64,000 bases of DNA from Octopus sinensis. Lineage: Eukaryota. The position numbers and the translations under genes were made by a program. Of the stretch, positions 37,406 through 51,038 are shown piece after piece (position 1 is the first letter of the stretch; each line of letters begins with the position of its first letter). The notes beneath the pieces are model-generated. The model ran no database searches. It had not been told where the DNA came from and worked only from the letters and a program-made list of their open reading frames with translations. The stretch is from assembly GCF_006345805.1 (NCBI RefSeq), contig NC_042997.1, forward strand, positions 18,414,001 through 18,478,000, in the 5' to 3' direction.

Positions 37406-39129
37406 GATTAGGGTCAATGTAATTGACCTGACCTTCTCCCAAAATTGCAGGCATTGTGTCAACATTTGAAACCGATATTAATTACTAAAGGATGGGTGCA
37501 CAATATGTTTTTAATGCTATTAGTAAGCAGAGTTTAAAGTTATATAGCAAATAAGAGAGTTTTTTTTTTAAATAAACACAATGTAAAATGTTTTGGTCGT
37601 AAGTATGAATCTGATTAGAACTTGAGGTGTAGTAAAAAATGCAGGTTGAAAACAGCAACAAGAACAATCATATTTATGATTTAAACTGGGCACCAGTTTC
37701 TAAAGAGATATAGTTGCTTATATCGACCCTCGTAATGACTGGTATTTATTTTATTGACATTGAATGGATCAAATGCAAAGGGAAACTATGAAACTATGAA
37801 TATAAACTCAAAATGCAAAACAATGTAGCTAAAACAATTGCTTTCTCTAATTTCAGTTTCCAACAGTAAACTGAGATGCAATCAGCATCTCAGTAATTGA
37901 TTTGGAATTGTAGTCTTCTGGTACCTCATGGAATTGGTTTTAAAGATAAACAAAAATAGAAAGAAAGAAAAAAAATAAACAAAGAGCAAAATAAAAATCG
38001 CAAAAATCAACAACTTAGCTGATATCGTATAAGTCCTTAAACAGTTATCATTAAGTTATGTTTATATTTAATATACTATGAGGGTTTTTCTTCTCATTTT
38101 TATCTTTATCCTTACTCCTCCTCCCTCATACTGTGTTCAATCTCTTACTTGCTTGTGTACTCTCCTCCGCCTCTTTCGTTTTTTTTCTTTATTTCTCTTC
38201 TTTGTCTGCAACTTCCTAAACCTGTAACTAAACGGAGTTCTATCTGAATTGTTATTATCCGTCATTCTTCGGAGATGTTCGCTGAACGATTATGCTTATG
38301 ATATGACTTGAACTGGCAAGAAAGATAGTGCGTGAGTCTATGTATGACTGTTTAATCTCTGTATGTGTGTGTATGTATGACTGTTTGTGTGTATGTAAGT
38401 ATGTGTGAGCATGTGTGTTTAGTTTTTGTTTGTTTCATTTTATTCTACTATTCTTTTGTTTTATTTTGATTTGTTATTTTCTTCCTAAATAGATTGTTGT
38501 TATTGTTATAGTTGTTGATGTTGATATTTTGTCTTTGTTGTTGTTTTCAGCCTGCCCCTATCACACCTCAAGGCCCTGATCAGATGTTAAAGATGGCAAC
38601 ATTTCTCACATTATCAATCATGCTTGATACTAAGAATCAAAAACATATTTATTTGAGGAATTCTGGGAATGCAAAATAAGACCAGGATGAGTGTTTCCTG
38701 TTAATCTTTTGTGCTTCGTCAAGAATTTTTAAAGAGAATAATAAAAGCCTTTCAGAAAATGATATCTATGCTCTTTTTCTATGGTACTTGTTGTTGTTAT
38801 TACTGTTATTGTTACTGTTGCAGCACTAGAATTGTTGTTGTTTTTCTTATTGTTGTTGATGTTAGGGTGTTCTCTCTGTTTCTGTTTCTCACTCATGAAG
38901 TTCTTCTCACAAAAACTTCCTCCCTCCCCCCCTCTTTCCTCTTCCCCATCTCATCTTTACACGAACCAACACATTAAAACTTCCTCTTTTTCTCTCTCCT
39001 CTATCAGTTTATGTGTATCTATGTCTCCCCATCTCTTCCTGTTTCTCTCTCATATATATATATATCTATATATGTGTGTGTATAGATGTATGTTTGTGTG
39101 TGTGTGTGCATAGATGTATATATCTATCT

Positions 39130-39164
39130 ATGTAGATAAATGTATATCCCTATCCATCTGTCTG

Positions 39165-39252
<88 letters not shown>

Positions 39253-39325
39253 GCTATCTATACATGCATACATACATATACATACATACACATATGCACA
39301 TATATATATATATATATTTACATAC
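39130..39325. repeat. (TCTA)n/(CATA)n/(TA)n microsatellites
   Basis: Direct reading. Confidence 0.95.
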
Positions 39326-39901
39326 ATTTGTCTGTGTCTGTGAGCATACCACCCTTTTCTCTCCTTCTGGCTGTCTGTTGCTTTGTTTTCTTCTATCTGT
39401 GTCTCTTTACCTCTCTGCCTTTTACTTATCCTCTTCCTTTCTCTCCCAATATTGGCTCTCTTTATCTGAATATTGCTATGTCTCAAAAGATTCAATTCTC
39501 CTACCTTCTCACAGTCTTCCTTTCAAAATATTCTCTCTCAACTCTCTTTCTCACTTTCTTTCCTCTCTATCTAACTCTCTACATGTTACATTATTCAACA
39601 ATCTAGTCTCATCAGCAGATATATGCCATTCCAGGAAGGAAATACACAGAATAGAAGTAGAGATAACAAGATTCCTTGAAATCTCTTCTATGTTGTTTAA
39701 TGACAGCTAAATAAAAACAAAGCTAAGTGTTTACTAAAGACCATGATAAATAAATAAGAAACAAGAGCAAAAATATAAATAACGCATAAACAACAATAAC
39801 AAAGGAAAAATGTAATATAATTTAATGATAAATATAATATAATAAAAAGGAAGTATAAGGTTTTTAGTTTATACATGCACGTGTGTATGTGTATGCATGT
39901 A

Positions 39902-39936
<35 letters not shown>

Positions 39937-40731
39937 GAGAAAGAAAGAGAGAGAGAAAGAGAATAAGAGAGTGCAGAATCGAAAATTTATAATGGGCACA
40001 AATGATATTCTAGAGTGTGTGAAGAGTGTGGTAAAATGAAGCAGACATGGTAAAGTAGGAGAGAAGTGAAGATGATAGGAGAAGCTGGGGAGATACTGAG
40101 ATGAGAGTATTTGTATGTATAGAAGAATAAAAGATGAAAGAAGGAGAGTGAGTTAATGAAAGAAGGACATAAAAAGAGAAGGCAAAGAATGAGATAAAGA
40201 GAGAAAACTAAAAAGAAGGAAGAGAGTTCATGTGTAGGGGGTAAATGGGGAGATAGAATTGGTTAGACAAGAGTCTGAGACAGGAGACACTGGGGTCAGT
40301 GAGTGAAATTGAGCTACTTTAGACAGGTGTAGACTCTTCAATTCCCAAAAAGCAGGGGATATTATAGTAGAAATAGAAGAGACAGAGAGAGGACACAGCT
40401 TGATAATGGAATAGTAGGTGGTGGTAAATGAAGTTTGGTTTAAATAAATGGCATTTGTATGCATTAAGTGAATTTTGTATACATGAATAGAATTTATATT
40501 GTTCACATATTCTCTCTAACAATGAACCATAATAGTTTAAAATGTTTTGCCTATAAATTCAAACACATCAAAATTCTGACATGAGAAATGTGGTTCACAC
40601 AATTGAATGACAGATAGTTATACAGATAATGACTATGTGGTACTAATAAAGCCAGTTCCTCCCTTGGAAATTCTTTCATTTACAGATTCTCTGTAATCAG
40701 CCCCAACACCAAGTGAAGAGTAATAACTCAC

Positions 40732-40791
40732 CCTTCAAAGAAGCCATATTCTCTAAGAATTATTTGTAATGTTACTCTGTAAGCAGCACAC
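40732..40791 (-). CDS. Candidate 60-nt symmetric exon (xCAAYRVTLQIILREYGFFEx)
   Basis: Acceptor TTATTTGCCAG, strong donor GAAGG|GTGAGT (40731-40726); exactly one open frame, phase 2-2. Confidence 0.25.
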
Positions 40792-41790
40792 CTGGCAAAT
40801 AATGATTAATTAAACATTTTTCATTTATTCACACTTTCTTAATTATCTGATCATTTTGTCTGTATTACCAGGATACCACTGGGATTAAAGCTTGGAACAT
40901 TTGGTCCAAATGTTCAATGTAATTTTGTTGAAAGAAAAACTGATATTGTTTTAATATTGTACAGCAGAAATATTTACCTAAGTTTGTTACAGCTCATTAG
41001 GCAAAAAGACCAACATTGATTCTAAAAAGCAAAGGAATATTGTGAAAGGTCTCGATAAAATGTCTTGAACATTTTGTAGGTATGTAGTGAGATTTTTTTA
41101 ATTATAAAGTTAGCCATTATCCTAATGGATAATTCAGTGACTTTTGACAGTAGTGGCATGCAAACAAATTCATATTCTTTTCTTTGGCCTGTAATGGAAA
41201 TCTTGTGTAAAAGCATAGATTTTATACCATAATAAAATGAATACAACACAATCTCAATCAACAGGGTTTACTTGAGAAAATTTTATTTTCACCAGTTAAT
41301 CAGTGAATAAGGTTTAGTGTATTTTTGTGTGTACCTAATCAATGGTAATTGATTTCAAACCTAGGTTTTTGTCTAAGGACGAATCTATTCTACCCAAAGA
41401 ACAGAAATTCTAGATTCTTCAGCTACTTTGGAAAAACACTTTTAGTTAAACATTCATCTATAAATCTTTCTACCCTCTGAACTTAACAAACCTACTTTGA
41501 TAAGATTAGGTAAATAACCACAAACATGCACATTTATACTTGCACACATGTGTCAATTTGTGGACTTCAAACCTCATAACCATAATTTCTTGACATTGAA
41601 AGATTTTATATTTTTAAAACTTTGTACCACTTAGACCAGTCTCCATCATCTTCTAGTAATAAGGAGAAAATATATTCAATTTGCATATTTATTACAGTTT
41701 GCAAATTTTTAGTCACAAAGTCTAGCCTTTTTAAATCAAGAGTATTAAGTGAATTCTTCATCATACAAGAAACAAAATATGTGGATGCTT

Positions 41791-41791
<1 letters not shown>

Positions 41792-41862
<71 letters not shown>
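41792..41862. repeat. (GA)n microsatellite
   Basis: Direct reading. Confidence 0.95.
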
Positions 41863-41864
<2 letters not shown>

Positions 41865-43261
41865 AAGTCATAAAAGCATCCATAATGCTTGTTGATTATT
41901 TTCAGTTTAATGAGGTACTGACTAGACAGGAGATAAATATTTCCCATGAGAAAACTCAGATTTTATCACATACAACTTGTGAGAAAAAAATTTAACTGAA
42001 TACTATGAGCCAGTATGCCTCTCAACTCTACAGCATTGCTGTCACTTATGTCTCTAACATACTATTGAGAGCAATGCAACTCATATTTACAGTGCAATGT
42101 CAGGAAGAAGACTCTGAACTGCTAACTTAGTTGTCAGGTATCCTGTTAGCTCAGGCACTTACTCATCATAAAAACCAAATATAAAAATCATTAATATAAA
42201 CTAACAAAATTTGATGGTTATAATATCCTGAATAATTTTGTAAGTTTCACTTGTTACCTTAATAAAGAGAAATATTTGATAACACTCCTGTTGATCTAAG
42301 TGTACCTGAACAGTAATTAGAGTATGCACAATACACTTATGTAAAACAAACAGAAGCATTCAAACATTAGATACCGAAGACAACAGATATATAAATAAAC
42401 ACAAAAACTACATCAATAGGAACAAAAAAACATGCACAAAAACAGATAAAAATGCTTTAGTATAGACACATATGCATACATTCATACACGCTTATATGTA
42501 CACAAAGAGGAACATATATGGACATTTAGATAAAAACTAAATCCATTATCTCAACTTAAGGCAAACATTTTCATACTATGACAGCTTTAATTATTTTTTT
42601 TCTCTATCTCTCTTTTCCTATATTAAATGATGTGGAAATAATCTTAGAAATCTTTCCACTTCATTAACTGTAGAAAATGATGCTTAACACTCCTTTTATG
42701 TCTAATGAATCATTTTGGTAAAAATAATGCTTCTCTTTTCATGTGAATGCCTTAGTTTATAATGCTTACATTGCAACTGATATACAACCTTTGATGTGTA
42801 TAAAATAGAAGATTATTACTATTTTCTAAAAATAAAAAATAAAAATTAAGGAAATGCATTTTTAAAATAGTAGAATCTTAGATATTCTTCAAATTGTAGG
42901 TGGCATAATTTTTAATATAGTGTAAAATGATGAGTTATATTACATTATGTTTTTTTTTTTAAATAGTGAAACTTTATATAAATGAAATATCTTTGTTTAA
43001 ATTCTAAACTTAATGTGATTATCTAACTACATTTATAAGCATATTGCTTAATTCCATGCAGAAGGCTTCCAGCTATTGAAGATTTCCTTTGCAAACAGAG
43101 TCTAGACCAAACATAAAAGTTCCAGCTCAGTAGGAATATTGGTTTATTGACTCATTTACTATGCACACTATTAACTTTGCTGCTCAGTCAACCGTTTTTG
43201 TAGGTAAAATTTGCATACATGTTGAACATAGTCATACTAATCTTGCTAATTCTCTCACTTT

Positions 43262-43312
<51 letters not shown>

Positions 43313-43341
43313 TATCATTATTATTATTATTATTATTATTA

Positions 43342-43390
<49 letters not shown>

Positions 43391-43392
43391 CA

Positions 43393-43448
<56 letters not shown>
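43262..43448. repeat. Long (ATT)n microsatellite with ATC interruptions
   Basis: Direct reading. Confidence 0.95.
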
Positions 43449-43449
<1 letters not shown>

Positions 43450-43461
43450 TGAATCAAGGGT

Positions 43462-43885
43462 AGTGGATTGGCAGAATCGTTAAGGCATCAGAAAAAAACT
43501 GCCTTCCTGTATTTATTCTGACTCAGTATTTTGAGTTCATATCCTGCTGCAGTCATCTTTATCTTTTATGCTTCTAGGTTTGAGAAAATGAATTACCAGT
43601 TCAGTAGTGGGTTTGATTTAGTTGACTGATTCCTCTCTTCTAACTTTCATCTTGTGAAAATTTAAAAAAAGACTAGTGTAATGACTTGAGGGTAGAAAAC
43701 TGGAAGAATCATTATAGCATTTAATAAAATACCTTGCTGTATTTATTTTGGCACTTTACATTCTGAGTTCAAATCTTGCCAAAGTCAACTTTGCCTTTCA
43801 ACCTTCCAAGATTGATAAAATAAAACAAAAAGATGTCAATTTAATTGATTGTTCTTTTCACTGAAATTTTCTAGCCTTTTGCTTA
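43462..43885 (+). mobile_element. Two diverged family M SINE copies in tandem (about 43462-43650 and 43690-43885)
   Basis: Each has GGCAGAATC/GGAAGAATC, GAGTTCA and a GATAAAAT module. Confidence 0.65.
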
Positions 43886-44055
43886 TCCAAGAAATAATAA
43901 TAATAATAATAATTATTATTATTATTACTAAGTAGTGGTTTTTTGAAAGGACTGGTAGAGCAGTATTTATCCATGATACTCTACAGGATAAGTTTATAAA
44001 TCATTGATGTCAAATTTACTTTCCATCCTTCTAGGGATTGATATAATCAAGAAGA

Positions 44056-44440
44056 GGCACAGGAGTGACTGTGTGGAAACTTGCTTACCAACCACATGGT
44101 TCCAGGTTCAGTTCCACTGTGTGGCACCTTGGATGTCTTCTACTATAGCCTCAGGCTGACCAAAGCCTTGTGAGTGGATTTGGTAGATGGAAACTGAAAG
44201 AAGCCCATCATACATATATGTGTGCGTGTGTCTGTGTGTGTTTGTGCCTTTGTACTTGTCCTCCCACCGTCACTTGACAACCAATGCTGGTGTGTTTATA
44301 CCCCCACAACTTTGCGATTTGGCAAAAGAGACCAATAGAATAAGTGTTAGGCTTACAAAGAATAAGACCTGGGGTCGATTCGTTCGTCTAAAGTGCTCCA
44401 GCATGGCCGCAGTCAAATGACTAAAACAAATAAAAGAGTA
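44056..44440 (+). mobile_element. SINE family A copy
   Basis: Collinear with the other family A copies. Confidence 0.85.
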
Positions 44441-44544
44441 TTGGTTAAATAACAGGGGCTGATAAAATTGTCTTTACCCTTGCAATATATTTTTGACTTT
44501 GTTTATGGGTTAAAAATTACTATTATTATTATGACAGGGAAAGG

Positions 44545-44720
44545 CAGTGAGCTGGCAGAATCATCAGCATGCTGGACAAAATGATTAGTGGCATTTTGTC
44601 TGTCTTTATGTCCTGAGTTCAAATTCGGCTGAAGTCAACTTTGCCCTTCATTCTTTTGAAGTTGGTAAAATAAATATTTGTCAAAGACTGGGAGCGATAT
44701 CGTCAACTGCATTCTTTTCA
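44545..44720 (+). mobile_element. Family M SINE copy abutting or interrupted by the next family A copy
   Basis: GAGCTGGCAGAATC..GAGTTCAAATTCGG..GTCAACTTTGCCCTTCATTC. Confidence 0.7.
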
Positions 44721-44724
44721 CAAA

Positions 44725-44887
44725 GGCGTAGGAGTGGCTGTGTGGTAAGTAGCTTGCTTACGAACCACATGGTTCCAGGGTCAGTCCCACTGTGTGACAC
44801 CTTGAGCAACTGTCTTCTACTATAGCCTCGGGCCGACCAATGCCTTGTGAGTGGATTTGGTAGACGGAAACTGAAAGAAGCCCTATG

Positions 44888-44931
<44 letters not shown>

Positions 44932-45159
44932 CATATGTTGGTGTGTCTGTGTTTGTCCTCCCAACATCGCTTGACAACCGATGCTGGTGTGTTTACATCC
45001 CCGTAACTTAGCAGTTTGGCAAAAGAGATCGATAGAATAAGTACTAGGCTTACAAAGAATAAATCCTGGGGTCGATTTGCTCGACTAAAGGCGGTGTTCC
45101 AGCATCGTCGCAGTCAAATGATTGAAACAAGTAAAAGAGTAAGAGAGTAACAGAGTAAA
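44725..45159 (+). mobile_element. SINE family A full copy
   Basis: Head GGCGTAGGAGTGG through tail AAAAGAGTAAGAGAGTAACAGAGT. Confidence 0.9.
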
Positions 45160-45416
45160 TGTATAATGATGTGATGTGACTGTGTCAGAAAAAGGATTAC
45201 TATGAATGACAGAGTGCCTGGCTTAATAATTCATTGTATTTAAGAAGCATTTCTGAACAATAACAATATGCACGCATGCAACACAACAAGTGTAAACATG
45301 ACTAAAGAAAAGACATCCTTTACAAACTTTCATAGAAAACAATTTGATATGGAAGCTTTCACAGGAAAATAAAATGCTTGAAACATTTAAAGACAGGATA
45401 GATGCTGGGTCGCTAT

Positions 45417-46187
45417 AACACACCAACATCGGTTGTCAAGCGATGTTGGGGGGACAAACACAAACACACAAACATATACACAAACGTACATATATATATA
45501 TAAACATATATAGGATGGGCTTCTTTCAGTTTCTGTCTACCAAATCCACTCACAAGGCATTGGTCAGCCTGAGGCTATAGTAGAAGACACTTGCCCAAGG
45601 TGCCACGCAGTGGGACTGAACCTGGAACCATGTTGTTCGTAAGGAAGCTACTTACCACACAGCCACTACTACATCTCTGTTCTAAAGGTTACATATATAG
45701 TTTCATATTTCCCTTCTCTCCCAATGAAAGATATTTCACTGAAACTATCAGCCAGAGCTGACTCCAAATAAATAAAGTGCTGTGAGAGGAGGAAAGTAAC
45801 AAGAACCAGCTTTCTTGTTCCATCCAAGCAAGAAATGGAGTCAGCTCTGGCTGATAGTTTCAGTGCAATATCCTTCATTGGGAGAGAAAGGAAATATGAA
45901 ACTATATATGTAACCTTTAGAACAGAGATGTAGGAGCGGCTGTGTGGTAAGTAGCTTGCTTACGAATCACATTGTTCCAGGTTCAGTCCCACTGCGTGGC
46001 ACCTTGAGCAAGTGTCTTCTACTATAGCCTCAGCCCGACCAATGCCTTGTGAGTGGATTTGGTAGACAGAAACTGAAAGAAGCCCATCCTATATATGTTT
46101 ATATATATATATATGTACATGTGTGTATATGTTTGTGCGTTTGTGTTTGTCCCCCCAACATCGCTTGACAACCGATGTTGGTGTGTT
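45417..46187. repeat. Inverted duplication (arms 45417-45766 and 45836-46187, 69-bp spacer)
   Basis: The arms are reverse complements over ~350 bp, including ~94 bp of non-SINE flank; roughly 95% identical by eye. Confidence 0.9.
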
Positions 46188-46335
46188 TACGTCCCCGTAA
46201 CTTAGCGGTTCGGCAAAAGAGACTGATAGAATAAGTACTAGGCTTCCAAAGAATAAGTCCTGGGGTCGATTTGCTCGACCAAAGGCGGTGCTCTAGCGTG
46301 GCCGCTGTCAAATGACTGAAACAAGTAAAAGAGTA
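45930..46335 (+). mobile_element. SINE family A full copy (partly within the right arm)
   Basis: Collinear with 44725-45159. Confidence 0.9.
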
Positions 46336-46631
46336 TGTAACACACTTGTTCAGTAGCTGGGCTCAAAATATTTTGAAAGAGAAACACAAGCGTCTCCATT
46401 AGGGATACTGGTAACTCTTGCCTAGAGCCACCTTCATGGCATAATATGGGCAACTGGTCTCTGCAGAGGCAACTTTTGGTGATATGAGGTCGAGTGAAAT
46501 GTCTATGGGCATAAAAATTTTCATGACCCTACAAGACCATGAAACAATACTGGAATTTTGTCACATAGAAGATACAGAGAGGAAGAATTAAAAATTCATC
46601 ATCTAAAATTGATGAACTAGCTGCTATAAAT

Positions 46632-49344
46632 CAGGGGTTCCCAACCTTTTTTAGCTGTGGACCACTAAAATAAATAATTTTTTCCTGTGGACCACCTCGA
46701 ATTTTAAATTTATTATAAAATACTTGCTTCTCATAAATATTAGTATAATTTTCACTTTGCAATGAAAGTTCCCTTTTCGTTCTTGAAAGGGACATCACAG
46801 AGAACAAATAAGTGAGAACATCAATAACAAAAACCAACTTGCAAATGCACATGATTCTCAAGAAAGCCTTATTTGATAGAATCAAATAGAAAAGGTTACT
46901 GAGTCATGGAAAACATCCCCTTTTATTCAGGTAAAAAGGCTGTACAGTTAAAATATAACAATATGAAGGGTAAATTCAAAAAATGTGAGGAGTGATGTTG
47001 GGATCAGTTCAAAAGGTTGTGAAAACGTTTGTGGAAATGTAACAACAATTTGAATTAGATTAAAAATTTTAGCGACAAGTCGTCGGGAAAAACGTCAAGT
47101 AGCCTTCAGTGAGACCCTTGGGCTTGCTTTTTATCCACAACTGAGAAATCCTTGGCTCTTTTTGGCTCAAGCGAATTCTCTAATCAGCATTGTTATCGAG
47201 GTTCCAATGCCTCAGCTGCTTCGTGAACGAGTGAAGGACTAAGGATGATCCCTTTTCAGCCAAGTAGGATGTTGGGAGATAAAAGGCTCGACTTGGTCAA
47301 ACAGCATTAGATATTCGTGAGAATATGATTCAACCAAGCCTCGACCCAGTTGTTTTCAGATGATTTGCGCAGATTATCATCTACCGTCGCCTCACATAGC
47401 TCCATCTGAACGCATTCTAGTTGAACAAGTATATCGTTCATAGACATTATGTGAAGGGAGTTCACAAAAATTGGGATATTTAAAGCCAAAAGGTCTTCAA
47501 AACGAATATTGAAGTTTTTGGGAAGGAAAGATAGATACCCGATTATATATTTAGGCAAGTCGTTATCTACCACAACAGTTTTTAAGTTCACGAACTGTAG
47601 AAAGTTATGATCTTCAATTTGAAGTTTCCAAAGAACGAGTTTATTCACAAACGCCCTTATCAAGTGTCTGGCTTGTACAATGTTGATGTTTTGTTTTTGT
47701 AAAGAAATATTGAGATCATTAAGTTTTTGAAAGATTTCATGTAAATAAAAAATTACAGGTTTTTTTCTGAGAAAGTGATGCTGTCATAGCTTGATCAGTC
47801 TGTTGAAGAAACTCGATGACTTTATCGAAAAGTGCCATAAAACGTCTGAGACAACTTCCCATTGATATCCAGTGTTTCTCTGTCGAATACAACAGATGGT
47901 CCAACGTTTCATTTTTACATGCTTCTTGAAAATGCCTGTCTTGATGAGCAGATCTTTTGATTTTTTTTACTGTGGAAGCAATTAAGTCTTGGGTTTCGGA
48001 AAATATATTATTTCCAGTTCTTTTTGCTATCAGGTTTTCTCGATGGAGAATGCAATGAATTGTGAAGACGGGATTAAAATCTATCCATCTGGCAACAAAC
48101 TCTGGGATTTGCCAAACATAGACAGTGTTCTGTCAGTGCATATTGATATGAGGTTGAGGGTATCAATGCCATTTTTAATAAGATAATCCATGACTGCATT
48201 GTAGATCGTCTCTCCCATGTTTTTCAGTACGGTTTTCATAAAGAGTAGGTTTTCACAAACTGTGGTACCTTTCACATAGCGAGTAAAGGCAAGGACAACA
48301 CATTTGTTGTCAAAAGTGCTGTCATCCACCGTCAACGAGAATCTGCAGTGTCGCAAGTCTTCTACAGCTATGGATTCGACATCTTCGGCCATTTCACAAA
48401 TGCGGGAAGATACAGTGTTGTTTGAAAGTGGAATACTTACTAAGACTGAGGCAGCGTTTGGCACATTAGCAACTTTATATGTGTCAAATATGGAGGGCCT
48501 AATCAGATCTTCGCCAATGGTATGTGGGCTACCCTCTTTTGCTATCATGAGCGAAATGTCATAGGACGCCTGCAGGCCAGAACGGTTGTTAGTATGGGCG
48601 AGGAAGATTTTGAATGATGGAGATGAGACATTTTTTTTGTGATGGTATTCGTCGAAGTAATGCTTTGGCTTGCCAAATAAACCAGGATGGATTTTTTGTA
48701 GATGATACAACAATTTCTAGGGTTCCATTGAGTCGTTAGTTAATACTTTTGAGTAGATAATACACTGTGGTAAAAAAGGATCTTCTACACTGGATACAAA
48801 ACTATATTTAATATAATCTTCATGATATCAGCTACAGAATCTTTTTTCCGTGTCGGTGGATGGAGAATTAAGGGAACGTTTTTCTATAACACTGACAGCA
48901 AAATTTCTACAGATTACAATTAGACTAACGCTTGCGTAAAAATGTATGTATATGGAGAGATAATACTATATGTTGGGTAAGCTGAAAGAACTGCAGTTTC
49001 GTTAGTAATCCTCAATTCAAAAGTCAGGTAGAAAACACGATCGCATTGACTGGCCGAGAATATACAATTTTTTGTGTTTTTAATGTACGCAAATGTGGAT
49101 CCAATTGTACACGTCTGTATGATTGGATAGCTAATCATCCAATAGGCAATGAGTGCACTCGGATGTACTCATGCATACGCGATGAGGAATATTTCGTTTG
49201 CATGACGTGCATGTACGGGAAAAATTTAATTCTTCAGGTGGACTACAGAAAATTTTCTTCAGACCATCTGAATTTTCCTGTGGATTACCTGGATTTTCCT
49301 GTGGACCACCTAGCGGTCCACATAGACGAGGTTGGGAACCCCTG
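46632..49344 (-). mobile_element. Full-length hAT DNA transposon, Buster/Charlie (SCAND3/ZBED5-like) type, 2713 bp
   Basis: Perfect 16-bp TIRs CAGGGGTTCCCAACCT (46632-46647) / AGGTTGGGAACCCCTG (49329-49344); 8-bp TSD CTATAAAT / CTTTAAAT (nnnTAnnn); subterminal CTGTGGACCAC at 46655, 46685 and 49299. Confidence 0.93.
47106..48860 (-). pseudogene. Disrupted hAT transposase
   Basis: EDYIKYSF..PQCII..VLTNDSMEP*KLLYHLQKIHP; IPLSNNTVSSRI; FSLTVDDST; ICTD; HCILHRE (~48040-48066); HWISMG; C-terminal AQGSH* ending at TGA 47108-47106; an in-frame TAG and frameshifts. Confidence 0.88.
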
Positions 49345-50404
49345 CTTTAAATGATAGGAGCATTAAGGGCTTTCTGCACTGAAAGCCTAAAAGAATAAAA
49401 ACAGCATAAACAAACCTGGATGTTACTGGTTTTAAATTGACAACAGGTGCAACTCATGAGTCAGCAAAACCTAGATGTTGATTCTTGATACTTAACTTCT
49501 TGTTAGCCTTGATCAAGTACTCTTATTAATAAAGACATTCCATCCTTGACCATCCCATCTTTTTGTATATCACAGAAAATATTGTCAAATGCATCAGCTT
49601 TTTAAAATTTAAGATGGTTGAGTGTGACCTACGGGAGATTTTGATAGGTCAAATGATGACATAAAGGTTTTAACAGCTTGTAATCTTATTTTTTTCCCTA
49701 TATGTATCACAAATTCTATTAGACCACAGGCAAGAATGCTACAAAATTTATCTTGTGCTTATGTAAGCAATCAGTTTTTACTTTAACATGTCCTTTTTTA
49801 TTCCCTCTGCACAGAAAATCCTCTCAAAAACAGGAAATAAATAAAACCCATTTTCTCCAAAATATTTTTATGCTATCAACTTATACGAATATTTCATTAT
49901 ACAATACGTTTTTGAAAATTTGGAAAATATTTTATATAAATTAAATTTTTTTTATTTCTTCATTAATCTCTTCATATTTAGTTGCTGAAGATGCAAATCA
50001 AGGGAGAACAACTTTAATATAATAAACTATAGTGATAGGGAAAAATCTGGTTTAGTAACCTGGCTATAATAATAATCTAAATATCTTTACACATTTCATG
50101 TAGCTTTAAAAGCTGCATACATTATTCATTTCATTAAATTTCAATATTTTTTTCCTTCTAAAATTCAATCTCTCCTATTTTCTCTAAGTAGAAAATACAC
50201 AGTTTTTATTTTCAAATTTTCTTTTTCTCTTATCCTCTTATGACTTTCACACATCATCATAAGCATGCATATGTACATACACACACACACACACACACAT
50301 ATATATACATACATATGTGGATGTTTGTATATTATATATATAATATATATTCATACATATATATTGCACAAATACGTATGAATATACATACACTCATACA
50401 CACT

Positions 50405-50438
<34 letters not shown>

Positions 50439-51038
50439 CATACATGAAAAAATATATAAGTGTATATTTATATGTGTGTGTGTGTGTGTGTATAGCTGCA
50501 GATCAGACAAGCTACACAAATATAATCTAAAGCAAAGAAAAAAAAAATGTGTAGTCAGACAAGTGAAAGCATGTACCTGGAAAGCATAGAAATATGTTTT
50601 ACCTGATCATCATTATCATCCTTCAATGCGGTTGAACAACCAATCCTAACCAGTCAGGATTCACAGTTCAATCGACTTCCACACCCAACTCTGGTGATTG
50701 ATTCAGTAAAACTATTCATTCAATCACTGAATACGAAAACATGGCTTGGGTGAGTTTTCTGAGTCACCATCTCATACTTGTAGCTTCCTTTCAATCTGTT
50801 GATCTCCCCACGTACAAGGTAGTCACTACCTTTTCTTCCCTTCGTATTTCTTACGCAATATTGGATAGCCATTGACTCTCCTGAGTCCTTCAGCCCTTTG
50901 TTGTATATTTTTTTTATCCCACAAGGTGTCTGATAATCTTTCATCATCACACAAGCTTGGTGGGGGTTACCACTTTAGTTACTGAAAACTCAACCATGCA
51001 ACAGGTTGTACTGGGTTATATGTTACTTGTAGTGCATA

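Noticed and set aside
50600-51010. 76-aa minus ORF and a GAT-tailed segment
   Set aside because: Probably a LINE 3' relic, but no diagnostic motif was recognised.
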